55,185 nt of DNA. Source: a virus (lineage: Duplodnaviria > Caudoviricetes). This document shows positions 7,824 to 17,648 of this stretch, one piece after another. The translations under genes were made by a program, and so were the position numbers. Within the stretch, counting starts at the first letter, position 1, and each line of letters begins with the position of its first letter. The notes below the pieces were generated by a model. The model had not been told where the DNA came from and searched no databases. It saw only the letters and a program-made list of their open reading frames with translations. The stretch covers positions 1 through 55,185 of IMG/VR virus record IMGVR_UViG_3300031673_004168; one strand, 5' to 3'.

Positions 7824-8506
7824 TTAAGTTGATACGTGGAGATTGTTTGGAAGAAATGAAGAAGATGCCGGATAAGAGTATAGACATGATTTTAACTGAC
7901 CCTCCGTATGGAATATCTTTCAAGTCCCACAGACAAACTTATCAAAAAGCAATAAAAAATGACGGCTTTGATGAATGGATTTTGCTATTACCAAACATGT
8001 TAAAAGAGTTTAAGCGTTTATTAACTGATACTGGTTGTTGTTGTTGTTGTTGTTGTGGTGGTGGAAAAACTCCAGTAACAGCAATTTTCACTATTGAATC
8101 ACTTAAATATTTTAATCTCATACAAACTTTAGTTTGGAAAAAGTTTATTGGATTAGGTTGGAAATATAGACCGAGTTATGAAAATATAGTTGTATTAAGT
8201 AAAGATTCCAAAAACTATAATTTTTATGATACAAGCAAAAAATGTTCAAATGTTATAGAAGGTATAAACCAAAAAATACCAAGAAAAGGCGAGCATCCTA
8301 CCGTTAAACCAATTAAATTGATGGAAAAATTGATTGAAATACATTCTATACAAAACATGACAATCCTTGACCCCTTCATGGGAAGTGGTACTACTGGAAT
8401 TGCATGCAAAAAGTTAAACCGTAATTTTATAGGCATAGAAATTGATAAAGATTATTTTAAATTGGCAGAACAACGAATAAAAAATACAAGTTTGAGGTTG
8501 TTATGA
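7820..8506 (+). CDS. DNA methyltransferase, N6-A/N4-C family, beta class, with a poly-Cys tract
   Basis: TDPPY, HPTVKP and LDPFMGSGTT motifs; start placed at the ATGA overlap at 7820. Confidence 0.92.
   Translation: MIKLIRGDCLEEMKKMPDKSIDMILTDPPYGISFKSHRQTYQKAIKNDGFDEWILLLPNMLKEFKRLLTDTGCCCCCCCGGGKTPVTAIFTIESLKYFNLIQTLVWKKFIGLGWKYRPSYENIVVLSKDSKNYNFYDTSKKCSNVIEGINQKIPRKGEHPTVKPIKLMEKLIEIHSIQNMTILDPFMGSGTTGIACKKLNRNFIGIEIDKDYFKLAEQRIKNTSLRLL
8036..8056 (+). repeat. (TGT)7 in-frame trinucleotide repeat
   Basis: GGT-(TGT)7-GGT-GGT-GGA encodes GCCCCCCCGGG. Confidence 0.95.
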
Positions 8507-8904
8507 TTAAAGAAGAACGTATAAAAATATCCAAACTTAAAGATTCAAACGGCAATCCTTTTTCAGTAATTCAGGCACAGACATTTAGCGAAGACCAATG
8601 GGTTACTATACTTAAAACCGCACAGAAAGAAATTAACCGAGCTTGTAATGGAGATTTAAAGTTTACGTCAGATTATTGGCTGAAAAAGTTAAGTCTTTAT
8701 AACTCAATGTTCAGGATACAAGCTATGGTAAGAAACGCTAAACTTTATGGCGACCTTCCACCGATAGATGTTATTTATGGGTACAAAGATATAGACGGGT
8801 ATGTTTTGGTAGACGGTCGTCATAGATGTTGGGCTTATGTTTTATGTGGCAGGGAAGAAATAAATGCAAGAGTTACTTACAGAAAAGGTTATAAAGGAGA
8901 TTGA
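8503..8904 (+). CDS. ParB/Srx N-terminal-like domain protein
   Basis: PPIDV...YVLVDGRHRCWA motif. Confidence 0.75.
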   Translation: MIKEERIKISKLKDSNGNPFSVIQAQTFSEDQWVTILKTAQKEINRACNGDLKFTSDYWLKKLSLYNSMFRIQAMVRNAKLYGDLPPIDVIYGYKDIDGYVLVDGRHRCWAYVLCGREEINARVTYRKGYKGD

Positions 8905-8905
8905 A

Positions 8906-9121
8906 ATGTATGCGTATGAATTTATGGATTTTCTCGATTACATTTTTTCAATGAAATCTTCAAAAGACCGTATGTTTGCTATATGTTTAATGTCTGGAAT
9001 GACGCAACAAGAAGTAGCGATTATGGCGAATTGCACACAACCTTATGTATGCAAAAGACTTAAAAAAATAAAAAGTAGTTATAAAAAGAGTGATTTATTT
9101 CGTTATAACTATGATAGGTAA
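8906..9121 (+). CDS. sigma70 region-4-like HTH protein
   Basis: KDR...GMTQQEVAIMANCTQPYVCKRLKKI HTH; AAGGAG RBS before the ATG at 8906. Confidence 0.7.
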   Translation: MYAYEFMDFLDYIFSMKSSKDRMFAICLMSGMTQQEVAIMANCTQPYVCKRLKKIKSSYKKSDLFRYNYDR

Positions 9122-9389
9122 AAATATGTTTATCAAAAGTATTTATGAAATTAACGTAAAAAAGATTTCTTCGTTGCTATCAAAAGATTTGCACATGCGT
9201 GAAGATTTGCAACAGGAGATGTTGTTAGAAATATTTAAACAGGGCAGGTATTACGATAAAGAAATTGATAGCTATGTACTTTGGGTGGCAAAAAATAGAG
9301 CAATAGATTACATAAGAAAGTTTAATAAAAAAGAAATACCTTACGGTTCCATGAACGACATAGATAATCTATTAAATTCAGAAAAGTGA
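9111..9389 (+). CDS. ECF sigma factor region-2-like protein
   Basis: REDLQQEMLL...YVLWVAKNRAIDYIRK resembles ECF sigma2 (EDLxQE...W...ARNRAIDYLRK); start at 9111 or 9126. Confidence 0.7.
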   Translation: MIGKNMFIKSIYEINVKKISSLLSKDLHMREDLQQEMLLEIFKQGRYYDKEIDSYVLWVAKNRAIDYIRKFNKKEIPYGSMNDIDNLLNSEK

Positions 9390-9582
9390 TTTTTAGATGC
9401 GTTTTTCACTATAATAATAAAACGCTCACCCCTTTTATGTCGAACTTAATAACACATTTTGAAAAGTATATTCAGAAAGATGAGTTCGATAAAATAAGTA
9501 AGAAAGTTCTCGTAAAGTTTTTCATTATATTCATAGATTTTTTTAATAAACAAGGGTATCAAATAATTTATCGAGGCAAAAA

Positions 9583-10023
9583 ATGGGTTTCGAGCCAAAA
9601 TATAAAGACCATAAATACAAAGACAAGATTATAGAACATTTCGAGAAGGGTACACCTCTATCTAAAATATCATCTTGGTTGTCTGCTTTAGGTCCAGAAC
9701 ACGCAATATCAACATATACACTTAGACATCACAAAAAAAAGTATACTGATAGCAAGCGTAGCGATGATGAACTTGCTAAAGCCAAGAACGAGTTTGGCGA
9801 TACAACAGACTTAGAATACTATCTAATAGAAACCATAGTTCAGTGTAGAATAAAAAAAGAACAAAAAAACCTTAGAAGCTATGACTATCAGAAATACGAC
9901 CAGCAAATGCAAATGGCGATAAAACTACTTAACGAACTAAGAAGTTCAGACCAAAGAGGCATGAGTATGGAAGAAGTCTTTACTAAACTTGCGGATAAAG
10001 TAAAAACAAATGACGCAAAATGA
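9583..10023 (+). CDS. Putative terminase small subunit
   Basis: N-terminal HTH-like segment and helical C-terminus; overlaps the terminase large subunit start. Confidence 0.6.
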   Translation: MGFEPKYKDHKYKDKIIEHFEKGTPLSKISSWLSALGPEHAISTYTLRHHKKKYTDSKRSDDELAKAKNEFGDTTDLEYYLIETIVQCRIKKEQKNLRSYDYQKYDQQMQMAIKLLNELRSSDQRGMSMEEVFTKLADKVKTNDAK

Positions 10024-11389
10024 ACTTGAACGAGAAATTATAATACAGTTTCTTGAAACCTTTACAAAGGTAGAGGGTTCGGATTGTAAACTTTATGATT
10101 ATCAAAAAAAGTTCATAAGGGATTTAAGCACGTTCAGGATAGTCAACAAAGCAAGGCAATTGGGGTTTTCGTTTATACTGGCAGGTGAAGGGCTTGTGGA
10201 ATCTATTATGAATCCAGAAGCCGTAATTCTGTTTATATCAACTTCGGAAAACTCCGCTAAGCGTGTGCTTGACTATTGCAAACAAATTTATCATTCGATA
10301 CCTGTTGGAATAAGACCGAAGACGTTTAAAAATTCTCAAACAGAACTACAATTTTTGGGTAAAGATAGAAAACCAGCTGGTCATTTAGTATCATTGCCAA
10401 ATAATGCCTCAACTTGTCGTGGTTTTAATGCCAACCGAATTTATATAGACGAAGCGGCACATTTCAAAGAAGAAGATAAACTTTTTCGTGCGATACAACC
10501 GTCAATTTCTCGTGGAGGCAAGATGACGGTATCGTCGACTCCGCTTGGGCGTGGAAATACCTTCTACGATATTTGGGCTAACAATAAAGAGTACAGCAAA
10601 CACCTTGTACCATATACTTTATGTCCAGACCCAGTTTATCAAAAACGCATAAAAGATATGCAATTGACTATGGACGAACTGTCGTTTGCTCAAGAATTTT
10701 TATGCGAGTTTAGAGAAGACGCATACGCATATTTTCCAGAAAAAATACTTGCACCATGTATAGATAACGAGTTAGGTCAATACTTTCAGATTAAACGTCA
10801 AGGTGTTGTCCATATGGGTATAGATTGGGCAAAGAAAGAAGATTCAACAGCAGTTGTAGTTGTAGAACATCTTGATAAAGATAAACTTTGCATAGTTAGA
10901 CGTATAGAATTTTACAAAAGAATGCCATACGAAAAGCAGTTAAGCCATGTCTACGAAATTTGCAGAGAACTTGAAGTAGAAAAAATATTCTGCGACCAGA
11001 CAGGTGTTGGCGAGAAACTTTACGAAGATTTGGTAAACAATTCAGGGGTTTTAGTAGAAGGTATAAATTTCACAGTTGCGACCAAAGAACTTTTGATAAC
11101 AAAGTTACGCCAACTTTTCGAGGGCGAATCTATACGCATACCACGCCATAAAGAACTTATAACACAACTAAGAAGTCTTGAACGAACTTATACCGAGCAA
11201 GGTAACGTGCGATTTAGGCATGTAAGCAACGAACACGATGATGCGGTCTGGGGTTTGGCAATGGCGGCATCGGAGTTCAAAAAAGCAGGAAGAGACTTTG
11301 CGTTTAAGTTAGGTCCAGAACGTGAATCCGTGAAAATGTACGACAAAGACGAAAACGAAGATATGGCAAAAATAAGAAAACTTTTTTAA
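10010..11389 (+). CDS. terL: Terminase large subunit (Mu gp28-like)
   Basis: LYDYQ, KARQLGFS (Walker A variant), YIDEAAH (Walker B), SSTP coupling motif, GIDWA and HDD nuclease motifs. Confidence 0.95.
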   Translation: MTQNELEREIIIQFLETFTKVEGSDCKLYDYQKKFIRDLSTFRIVNKARQLGFSFILAGEGLVESIMNPEAVILFISTSENSAKRVLDYCKQIYHSIPVGIRPKTFKNSQTELQFLGKDRKPAGHLVSLPNNASTCRGFNANRIYIDEAAHFKEEDKLFRAIQPSISRGGKMTVSSTPLGRGNTFYDIWANNKEYSKHLVPYTLCPDPVYQKRIKDMQLTMDELSFAQEFLCEFREDAYAYFPEKILAPCIDNELGQYFQIKRQGVVHMGIDWAKKEDSTAVVVVEHLDKDKLCIVRRIEFYKRMPYEKQLSHVYEICRELEVEKIFCDQTGVGEKLYEDLVNNSGVLVEGINFTVATKELLITKLRQLFEGESIRIPRHKELITQLRSLERTYTEQGNVRFRHVSNEHDDAVWGLAMAASEFKKAGRDFAFKLGPERESVKMYDKDENEDMAKIRKLF

Positions 11390-11400
11390 GGGAGGAAGTA

Positions 11401-12822
11401 GTGGGGTTTTTAGACAGATTTAAAAAAACTAAACCAGACGTTACGAAATACGCTGACGGTGTTGAAGTTAGAGAAAAACCTAATGTACGTGAATATGGCG
11501 TGCAAGGTAATCTCACTGCGAATTGGAATAAGTTTCTTGGTTTGGGAGACGCATTAAATCCAGACGAAATAGGCATACAGACTTATAAGGAAATGATGCA
11601 AGATGCCGAAGTTCGTGTTGGGTTTAATTTTATTCGGAACAGTATATTATCAAGAAAATGGAAAGTATCATACCCTGAAAAAAACTCAAACAAAGACACT
11701 TTAAATATTTTAGAATTTATTAAATTTTCTTTTGGAAACATAGATGATAATGCTCAATTTGAAAGGTCGCTTGGTAAACTTTTATACGCTATCCCTTATG
11801 GGTTCTCTGTAATAGAAATTGTTTGGAAAATTATTAAAGGTGGTAAGTTTTCTGGAAAGATAGGAATAAAGAAACTTAAAGATTTAGACCCAGAAAACAT
11901 AGAATTTGAAACAAACAAGTTTGGAGATATAGAAAAAATAGTTCAGAAAACTGGAGACAATGACAAAATTACAATCCCGCTTGAAAAAGCTATTGTCTAC
12001 ACCCCAGATAAAGAGTTTGGTAACCATTATGGAGTTTCGAGGTTAAGGTCGGTACATAAAAACTGGTTTGTAAAAAAAGTTGTTATAAAGTTCTGGAATA
12101 TAGCTTTAGAACGATTTGGTATGCCTATTCTCGTTGGAACAGTTCCTTCCAAGAATGAGTTAGACAAAATGCTTACCTTGCTTGACGATGTGCAAACAAG
12201 GTCGTCTGTTGCCAAAACAGATGGTTGGGAAATTGACGCATTAGAAACTGGCGTTGGTCGTTCCGCTGGTGGAGACTATAAATCCGCTTTAGAATACCAT
12301 AACTCACAGATATTAAGAGGAATGTTGGTCCCACCACTCCTCATAACAAGTCAAGGCGGTGGAGGTAGTTACGCTCTTTCAAACACACAATTTGGATTAT
12401 TCCAGACAATGCTAAAGTGTCTTGAAATAGATGTTGGCAATATAGTCGAAGAAAAGATTATCAAACCGTTGGTTATTTATAATTTTGGTGTACAGGACGT
12501 TTATCCACAGTTTGTTTTTGAACCTATGACAAAAGAAGATTTACTTAATTTAAGTAAGATATTCGCATTGCTTGTCAAGAACGGAGTGGTTGGTAATGAC
12601 GAACAGTGGATGCGAGATATGATGGGCGTTCCCCATAGAGATGTTGCGGAAGTTACACGAGATACTATTAAGGACAAGACTAAAGAAAAAGGTACTACCA
12701 AACCACTGCCTATCCCGGGAGCAACCGGAACTAAAGGAACACAACAGGTTAAGGTCGGAAAGACACCAACGACAGGCGGAAAAATTTCAGGCGTAAAAGG
12801 AGGGGTTAAGACACCAGTATGA
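11401..12822 (+). CDS. Portal protein (DUF935/Mu gp29-like)
   Basis: Follows terL; YGFSVIEIVW, ERFGMP and GGGSYAL motifs typical of this portal family. Confidence 0.9.
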   Translation: MGFLDRFKKTKPDVTKYADGVEVREKPNVREYGVQGNLTANWNKFLGLGDALNPDEIGIQTYKEMMQDAEVRVGFNFIRNSILSRKWKVSYPEKNSNKDTLNILEFIKFSFGNIDDNAQFERSLGKLLYAIPYGFSVIEIVWKIIKGGKFSGKIGIKKLKDLDPENIEFETNKFGDIEKIVQKTGDNDKITIPLEKAIVYTPDKEFGNHYGVSRLRSVHKNWFVKKVVIKFWNIALERFGMPILVGTVPSKNELDKMLTLLDDVQTRSSVAKTDGWEIDALETGVGRSAGGDYKSALEYHNSQILRGMLVPPLLITSQGGGGSYALSNTQFGLFQTMLKCLEIDVGNIVEEKIIKPLVIYNFGVQDVYPQFVFEPMTKEDLLNLSKIFALLVKNGVVGNDEQWMRDMMGVPHRDVAEVTRDTIKDKTKEKGTTKPLPIPGATGTKGTQQVKVGKTPTTGGKISGVKGGVKTPV

Positions 12823-13274
12823 TGAAAAAAAATATATTTAATGATTTAGGAACTTATTATGTTGAATGGCTTAAAGAAGAACGTCCTTTAATAGACTTGT
12901 TAATAGATGGCATTTACTGTAAACACGAACGTAATTATGTTCATTATCATAATAACTATCGTAATCAGTTGAAGGGTTTGCTATACGACTTTGAAAATGA
13001 AAGATTTGTTATTGAACGTGAACGTAACAATCGTCTTGTAAAAATACTTGAAAGCACTGGTGAGCTTTACCCAATAGCAGTTTATGATTATGAAAACGGA
13101 TTCATGTGCGTAGACGGACATCACAGAATAATGGCACATTTAACATGTAAATATGATTATATCCCAGCCATAATCTATAAAGATTGCCATGAAGCAGGTC
13201 AGGCAAAAGCTAACGCTATAAATACAGACTATTATAAAGACCTCATGGAGATAGATAAGGAGATAGGTGCATGA
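12819..13274 (+). CDS. ParB/Srx N-terminal-like domain protein
   Basis: YPIAV...CVDGHHRIMA motif. Confidence 0.7.
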   Translation: MMKKNIFNDLGTYYVEWLKEERPLIDLLIDGIYCKHERNYVHYHNNYRNQLKGLLYDFENERFVIERERNNRLVKILESTGELYPIAVYDYENGFMCVDGHHRIMAHLTCKYDYIPAIIYKDCHEAGQAKANAINTDYYKDLMEIDKEIGA

Positions 13275-13924
13275 GACCATCTATCGAAGCGGCAAAAAAA
13301 TATTTTAAAGACAAACCCATAATTTGTGCAGAATTAGGAGTATCAGTTGGAGATAATGCGTTAGATATGCTAACCAACTATCCAGAGATACAAAAAATAC
13401 ATCTTGTAGACAATTATTTTGGAATAAATGCACGATGCCAACACGTCGCAAAAGAAAAACTAAAAAAATTTAACGATAAAATAGTTTGGCATTATGCGAC
13501 TACAGTAGAGGCGGCTAAACAAATAAAAGATGAAAGTGTAGATTTTGTATATGTAGATGATGGTCATGCGGATTTTGAAGTAGAACAGGATATACGGTCA
13601 TGGTTTCCCAAAATAAAAAAAGATGGAATGATGGGTGGACATGATTTTAATATAAACGGAAGAATGAGTGGAATAGAGAAATCATGCAGAAAAATGTTTG
13701 CTGAAATAAATTTACCATTAAGTATTGTTTTGACATTTTCAGACCCAAGAGAAAAAAGACCATGTGATGATAGACATACACGAAAGGTGAGATGCCCAAT
13801 ATTGTCAGATTGGTGGGTTTATAAGATAGAAACCACATATCCTTATATTTTAAATGGTATTCTACAAAAACAGGAACAAGACGATATTCCAATTCCAGAA
13901 CCAAAAATTCATAAGGAGAATTAA
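13271..13924 (+). CDS. Class I SAM-dependent methyltransferase (Methyltransf_24-like)
   Basis: AELGVSVG, DFVYVDDGH and GGHDF motifs. Confidence 0.85.
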   Translation: MRPSIEAAKKYFKDKPIICAELGVSVGDNALDMLTNYPEIQKIHLVDNYFGINARCQHVAKEKLKKFNDKIVWHYATTVEAAKQIKDESVDFVYVDDGHADFEVEQDIRSWFPKIKKDGMMGGHDFNINGRMSGIEKSCRKMFAEINLPLSIVLTFSDPREKRPCDDRHTRKVRCPILSDWWVYKIETTYPYILNGILQKQEQDDIPIPEPKIHKEN

Positions 13925-13925
13925 G

Positions 13926-15302
13926 ATGCGTAAGAAATTAAATTATGCAGAAAAGGATAAGAAAGAATTAAAGAATGATACCGTTCACATAACATTCAGC
14001 ATGACAAAGAAAAACATTAAAGATGTGGAAACCGAAGAAGTTGATGATGGTCTTTTACTTAAAGATATACCAGTATTTAAGGCTGGAACGCATAGGGGTA
14101 CAGAATACACGGAAAAATATATTGATAACGTATTGATAAACCAGTTTGACGTTAAAGAGAATGTTCCAATACAAGCCGACCATTCCGAAAGCTATGTAGA
14201 CACTTTAGGATATGTTAAAAAACTTGTACGGAAAGGAACCATGCTTTATGCCGATATGTTTCTATTAGATGACAACGCTATTAGCCGATGGAAACGTGGT
14301 CTTATGAAGAAATGGTCAGTAGGAATGTATTGGGACGGAAGAGGTCTAAGAGAAATATCTGCCGTAGCGTTCCCTTATATTAAGGAAGCTTCAGTGCTTT
14401 CCGAGACCGTAGACTCAAAAAATATAAATCTTGATGCTGAAAACTTAACGGAAGATATTGTTGGAAAAAATGGAACTATAAAATATGACAAAGAAAATGA
14501 AGTTTATTTTTTAGACATCAGCGGTAAAGAAAAAGTTTCCGTTTGGACAGAAGAATATATAAACTCACTTCCTGACTCGGCTTTCGCACTTGTTAAAGAA
14601 ACAGTCAAAGACAAGGCACGAGACAGAGCATTGCCCTACAAAGATAAAGAAGGAAACATTGATAAAGATAACGCTAAAAACTCGTTATCACAAATCAACG
14701 AGATGAAAGATTTTTCATCTGAACAAATGGCGAAAGCTAAAATTACTTTAAACTATGCCATAGAAGGCAATAATAAAGTTAATAAGGAAGAAGGAGATAA
14801 TGATATGGACGAAGTAAAATTGAATGAACTTGCTGACTTGAAAGCAAAAGAGATGTTGAAGGAAGCTTCAGAAAATGAAGAGAAGCTTAACGAACAGATT
14901 AAAGAGAAAGACGCTAAACTCGCGGAAGCTGTACAGGAAAAAGAAAAGTTGGAAAAACAGCTCGACTTATCTGAAGTTAGAGAAACCGTAACCAAACTTA
15001 AAGAAGACGGCAAAATAACACCTGCCGAAGAAGCGAGTGTAGTAGATTTCATGACAGGTCTTTCTAAAGAACAGAGAGTAAAGTATGCCGAAATGCTTAA
15101 AAAGACTGATTCTAAAGTTAATTTAGAGGAAAGTGGAACACAGCATTCTAAAAAAGACGAGAAAGACGAGTTCAAAATGGATTTCGACGAAATGGAAGCT
15201 GATGAGATTGAAAAAGTAGTCGGAAAATACGCAGAGAAAGAAGGTATTCCTGTAGATGATGCCCGTGACGTACTCTACGAGAAGAACACTGCGAAAAAAT
15301 AA
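13926..15302 (+). CDS. Prohead protease / scaffold fusion (Mu gpI-like)
   Basis: PVFKAG...PIQADH...WSVG...ISAVAFP protease-like N-terminus and acidic coiled-coil C-terminus; AAGGAG RBS supports a start at 13926. Confidence 0.8.
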   Translation: MRKKLNYAEKDKKELKNDTVHITFSMTKKNIKDVETEEVDDGLLLKDIPVFKAGTHRGTEYTEKYIDNVLINQFDVKENVPIQADHSESYVDTLGYVKKLVRKGTMLYADMFLLDDNAISRWKRGLMKKWSVGMYWDGRGLREISAVAFPYIKEASVLSETVDSKNINLDAENLTEDIVGKNGTIKYDKENEVYFLDISGKEKVSVWTEEYINSLPDSAFALVKETVKDKARDRALPYKDKEGNIDKDNAKNSLSQINEMKDFSSEQMAKAKITLNYAIEGNNKVNKEEGDNDMDEVKLNELADLKAKEMLKEASENEEKLNEQIKEKDAKLAEAVQEKEKLEKQLDLSEVRETVTKLKEDGKITPAEEASVVDFMTGLSKEQRVKYAEMLKKTDSKVNLEESGTQHSKKDEKDEFKMDFDEMEADEIEKVVGKYAEKEGIPVDDARDVLYEKNTAKK

Positions 15303-15362
15303 GACAACAGTCTTAAAATACAATTGGGAAACCAATTATAGATATAAATTGAGGAGAAAAAG

Positions 15363-15794
15363 ATGGCTTTAACAGAAACATATGCCGGAAATATAGTGGT
15401 GGTCGCCAGTCCATTTGAGTTCTCCGCTAAAGCTTCAGGTGCTTTGAACGAAGGCAGAGTTGTACAACTTAACACTGCTGTTACGTTTCTTGAAGAAGGT
15501 ATACCTTGTGTTGAGCAAGCGTCAGCGAACGCCGCTACTCCCATAGGGTACGTTACTGCCGATTGGGAAGCAAATGATGTTTGTGTTGTTTACACAGGCG
15601 GTATTGCAAGACTTGAAGATAGTGGAAGCGGATTATCCGTTGGAGCGAGAGCTATGTGCGACGCTGACGGTAAAATAAAAACATACGCATCAGGAACTGC
15701 TGGTGCAATAGTAGGTGTTGCAATGGAAACTATTACTGCTTCGACTTTTGGTCAGGTATTAGTTAATATTTCGCACAACACTGATGTCGCATAA
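15363..15794 (+). CDS. Capsid decoration/cement protein
   Basis: Between scaffold and capsid genes; Ala/Gly-rich with PIG and IVGVAME patterns. Confidence 0.75.
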   Translation: MALTETYAGNIVVVASPFEFSAKASGALNEGRVVQLNTAVTFLEEGIPCVEQASANAATPIGYVTADWEANDVCVVYTGGIARLEDSGSGLSVGARAMCDADGKIKTYASGTAGAIVGVAMETITASTFGQVLVNISHNTDVA

Positions 15795-15810
15795 AGGATG
15801 GTGATATAAA

Positions 15811-16758
15811 ATGATTAGTTATGAAATTCAAGCTGACCTGCATCCAAAGAAACTAACTGGTATCGCCATCAAGAAAACACAGGGGATGCTTTTTGCTCCT
15901 GATTTTCTTCCTGAACGCTTGTACCCCGAATGGTCTGGTTACTACAAATCATACGGTGATATAGCGTTTGGACAGTTGGCTCCAGAAGTTGGTGAAGGCG
16001 GATTAGATAGGCTCTTAAATACTAACTATACGGAAAGTTCTTTCACGATGAAAGAATATCGTATAGGAGGTAGGCTTTCAGAAAGAGCTATAAAGTTCTT
16101 GATGAACAAGAATTCCAAAGTTGCGGTTGCCTCTGGTAGACAGCTTGTAACTGACGAAATCGAGTTCTTAGCCGAAACGTTAGCACTTCGAGAAGAGTAC
16201 ACCATTCTCAATGCGTTAACAAGCAATGCTCCGTCAGGGAACAAAGTTACAGCTTCCTTTGATTGGAGTGGAACTCAATCAACACCGTTATCAGACTTAC
16301 GTAATGCTTGTAAGAATATTCTTGCCAACCAGCATACGCAAGGCGATACGCTTATTATAAGTCCTGATACGGAACTTAACTTGATGAACCACGCAGATAT
16401 TAAGGATATATACAAATATTCTGGTAATACTACGAATCTAACCGCAAAGATTGCGGAAGGAAGAAGTAGAGCTATCCCGAATGTAGCAGGATTAGATGTA
16501 TATGTTTCTGCGGCTGTTAAAACAGCCAATACTGCGGCGGGTCTTCTGTCAGGTGCGACCGAAACAGCTCTTGTAGGCGATGATTATGCTATCGTTTGTA
16601 AGAGAGGTACAAGTCTCGGTTACACTTACGTAGCGGAACCGCTTGAAGTTAGGCGTTGGGCTGAAGAAGAGAGACGTTCTGTGCGAGTACAATTGTTCAA
16701 GACGTTCATTCCTGTAGTATTTAGGGTGAATCAGATTGCTACGATTGTGTCTGTATAG
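15811..16758 (+). CDS. Major capsid protein (HK97 fold, lambda gpE-like)
   Basis: 315 aa, position in the head operon, W..TQSTPLSDL motif, downstream hairpin. Confidence 0.85.
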   Translation: MISYEIQADLHPKKLTGIAIKKTQGMLFAPDFLPERLYPEWSGYYKSYGDIAFGQLAPEVGEGGLDRLLNTNYTESSFTMKEYRIGGRLSERAIKFLMNKNSKVAVASGRQLVTDEIEFLAETLALREEYTILNALTSNAPSGNKVTASFDWSGTQSTPLSDLRNACKNILANQHTQGDTLIISPDTELNLMNHADIKDIYKYSGNTTNLTAKIAEGRSRAIPNVAGLDVYVSAAVKTANTAAGLLSGATETALVGDDYAIVCKRGTSLGYTYVAEPLEVRRWAEEERRSVRVQLFKTFIPVVFRVNQIATIVSV

Positions 16759-16773
16759 TACGTAAATAAATCA

Positions 16774-16812
16774 GTGTGGGGAGTGATGGTTTGTAACCGT
16801 TGCTTCCCACAC
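16774..16812 (+). terminator. Strong hairpin after the capsid gene (terminator or mRNA stabiliser)
   Basis: GTGTGGGGAGTGATGGTT/AACCGTTGCTTCCCACAC; no clear T tract. Confidence 0.55.
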
Positions 16813-16831
16813 AAACTAAAAGGAGTAAAAA

Positions 16832-17068
16832 ATGGCTCAAGTAGACCCAAGAAATCTTAGCGTTGTAGAACTAAAGTCTTTGATTTTAGACGAACAGGAC
16901 AAATCGGAACTTGCTGGGAGGAACGCACAAATTTTAAGAGCGGAACTTCAAGGCAGAACAAAAGTAACGAACATGGTAGAAAAAGCCGAGGAAGTTAACG
17001 GCGTAGAAGAAAAACCAGTTGACCCAGAAAAGCCAGTAGAACCCATATCAGAAGAACCCAAACAATAA
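16832..17068 (+). CDS. Hypothetical protein
   Basis: AAGGAG RBS. Confidence 0.7.
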   Translation: MAQVDPRNLSVVELKSLILDEQDKSELAGRNAQILRAELQGRTKVTNMVEKAEEVNGVEEKPVDPEKPVEPISEEPKQ

Positions 17069-17078
17069 GGATTAGTCT

Positions 17079-17648
17079 ATGAGGTGTCCGCATGATGGTA
17101 GCACGCTTTACAAATTAGGCATAAGCTTATGTTGCAAAAGGTGTGAATACAAAATAATCCAGCCAAACAAAAAATGGGTTCCTGAACTTCATTGGAAAAA
17201 AAGTTTTCCCGCAGATTACGCTTGGAGTTTGTTCGACACCACAAACGCTACAATCTCTGGTGATACCGCAACAATTTCAATAGGCGAAACTCAAGCTATT
17301 TTAATAAGCCCTCAATTTACGAATTTGACACGTTCAAATACGCAGTTGAGGGATTTTACTAAAATAAAGATAGACAAAACAACTGGTTCTTTAAATGACG
17401 GTAAAATATCTCTTTCTGCATCGAACGACGGTGGCACAGTTTGGACACGCATTAAAGATAATGGGCATATCTACGAACTTAACTATGGCAATGAATGTGC
17501 TTGCGGTGGCACAAAACAATCCAAATACAACGATTTAAGGGTACGAATAATACTTAAACGCCCATCAATTTCGGACACCTCACCATCAATTTCTCTATTC
17601 AATATTTCATACAATCACATTCCAGATGACGGTAGGAGGGTTTATTAG
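17079..17648 (+). CDS. Hypothetical protein (N-terminal zinc ribbon, beta-rich domain)
   Basis: CPHD...CKRC; SNDGGTVW motif. Confidence 0.65.
   Translation: MRCPHDGSTLYKLGISLCCKRCEYKIIQPNKKWVPELHWKKSFPADYAWSLFDTTNATISGDTATISIGETQAILISPQFTNLTRSNTQLRDFTKIKIDKTTGSLNDGKISLSASNDGGTVWTRIKDNGHIYELNYGNECACGGTKQSKYNDLRVRIILKRPSISDTSPSISLFNISYNHIPDDGRRVY

Noticed and set aside
10010-15302. Transposable Mu-like phage
   Set aside because: Head genes are Mu-like, but no transposase, Mor/C or Mu-type ends are visible.
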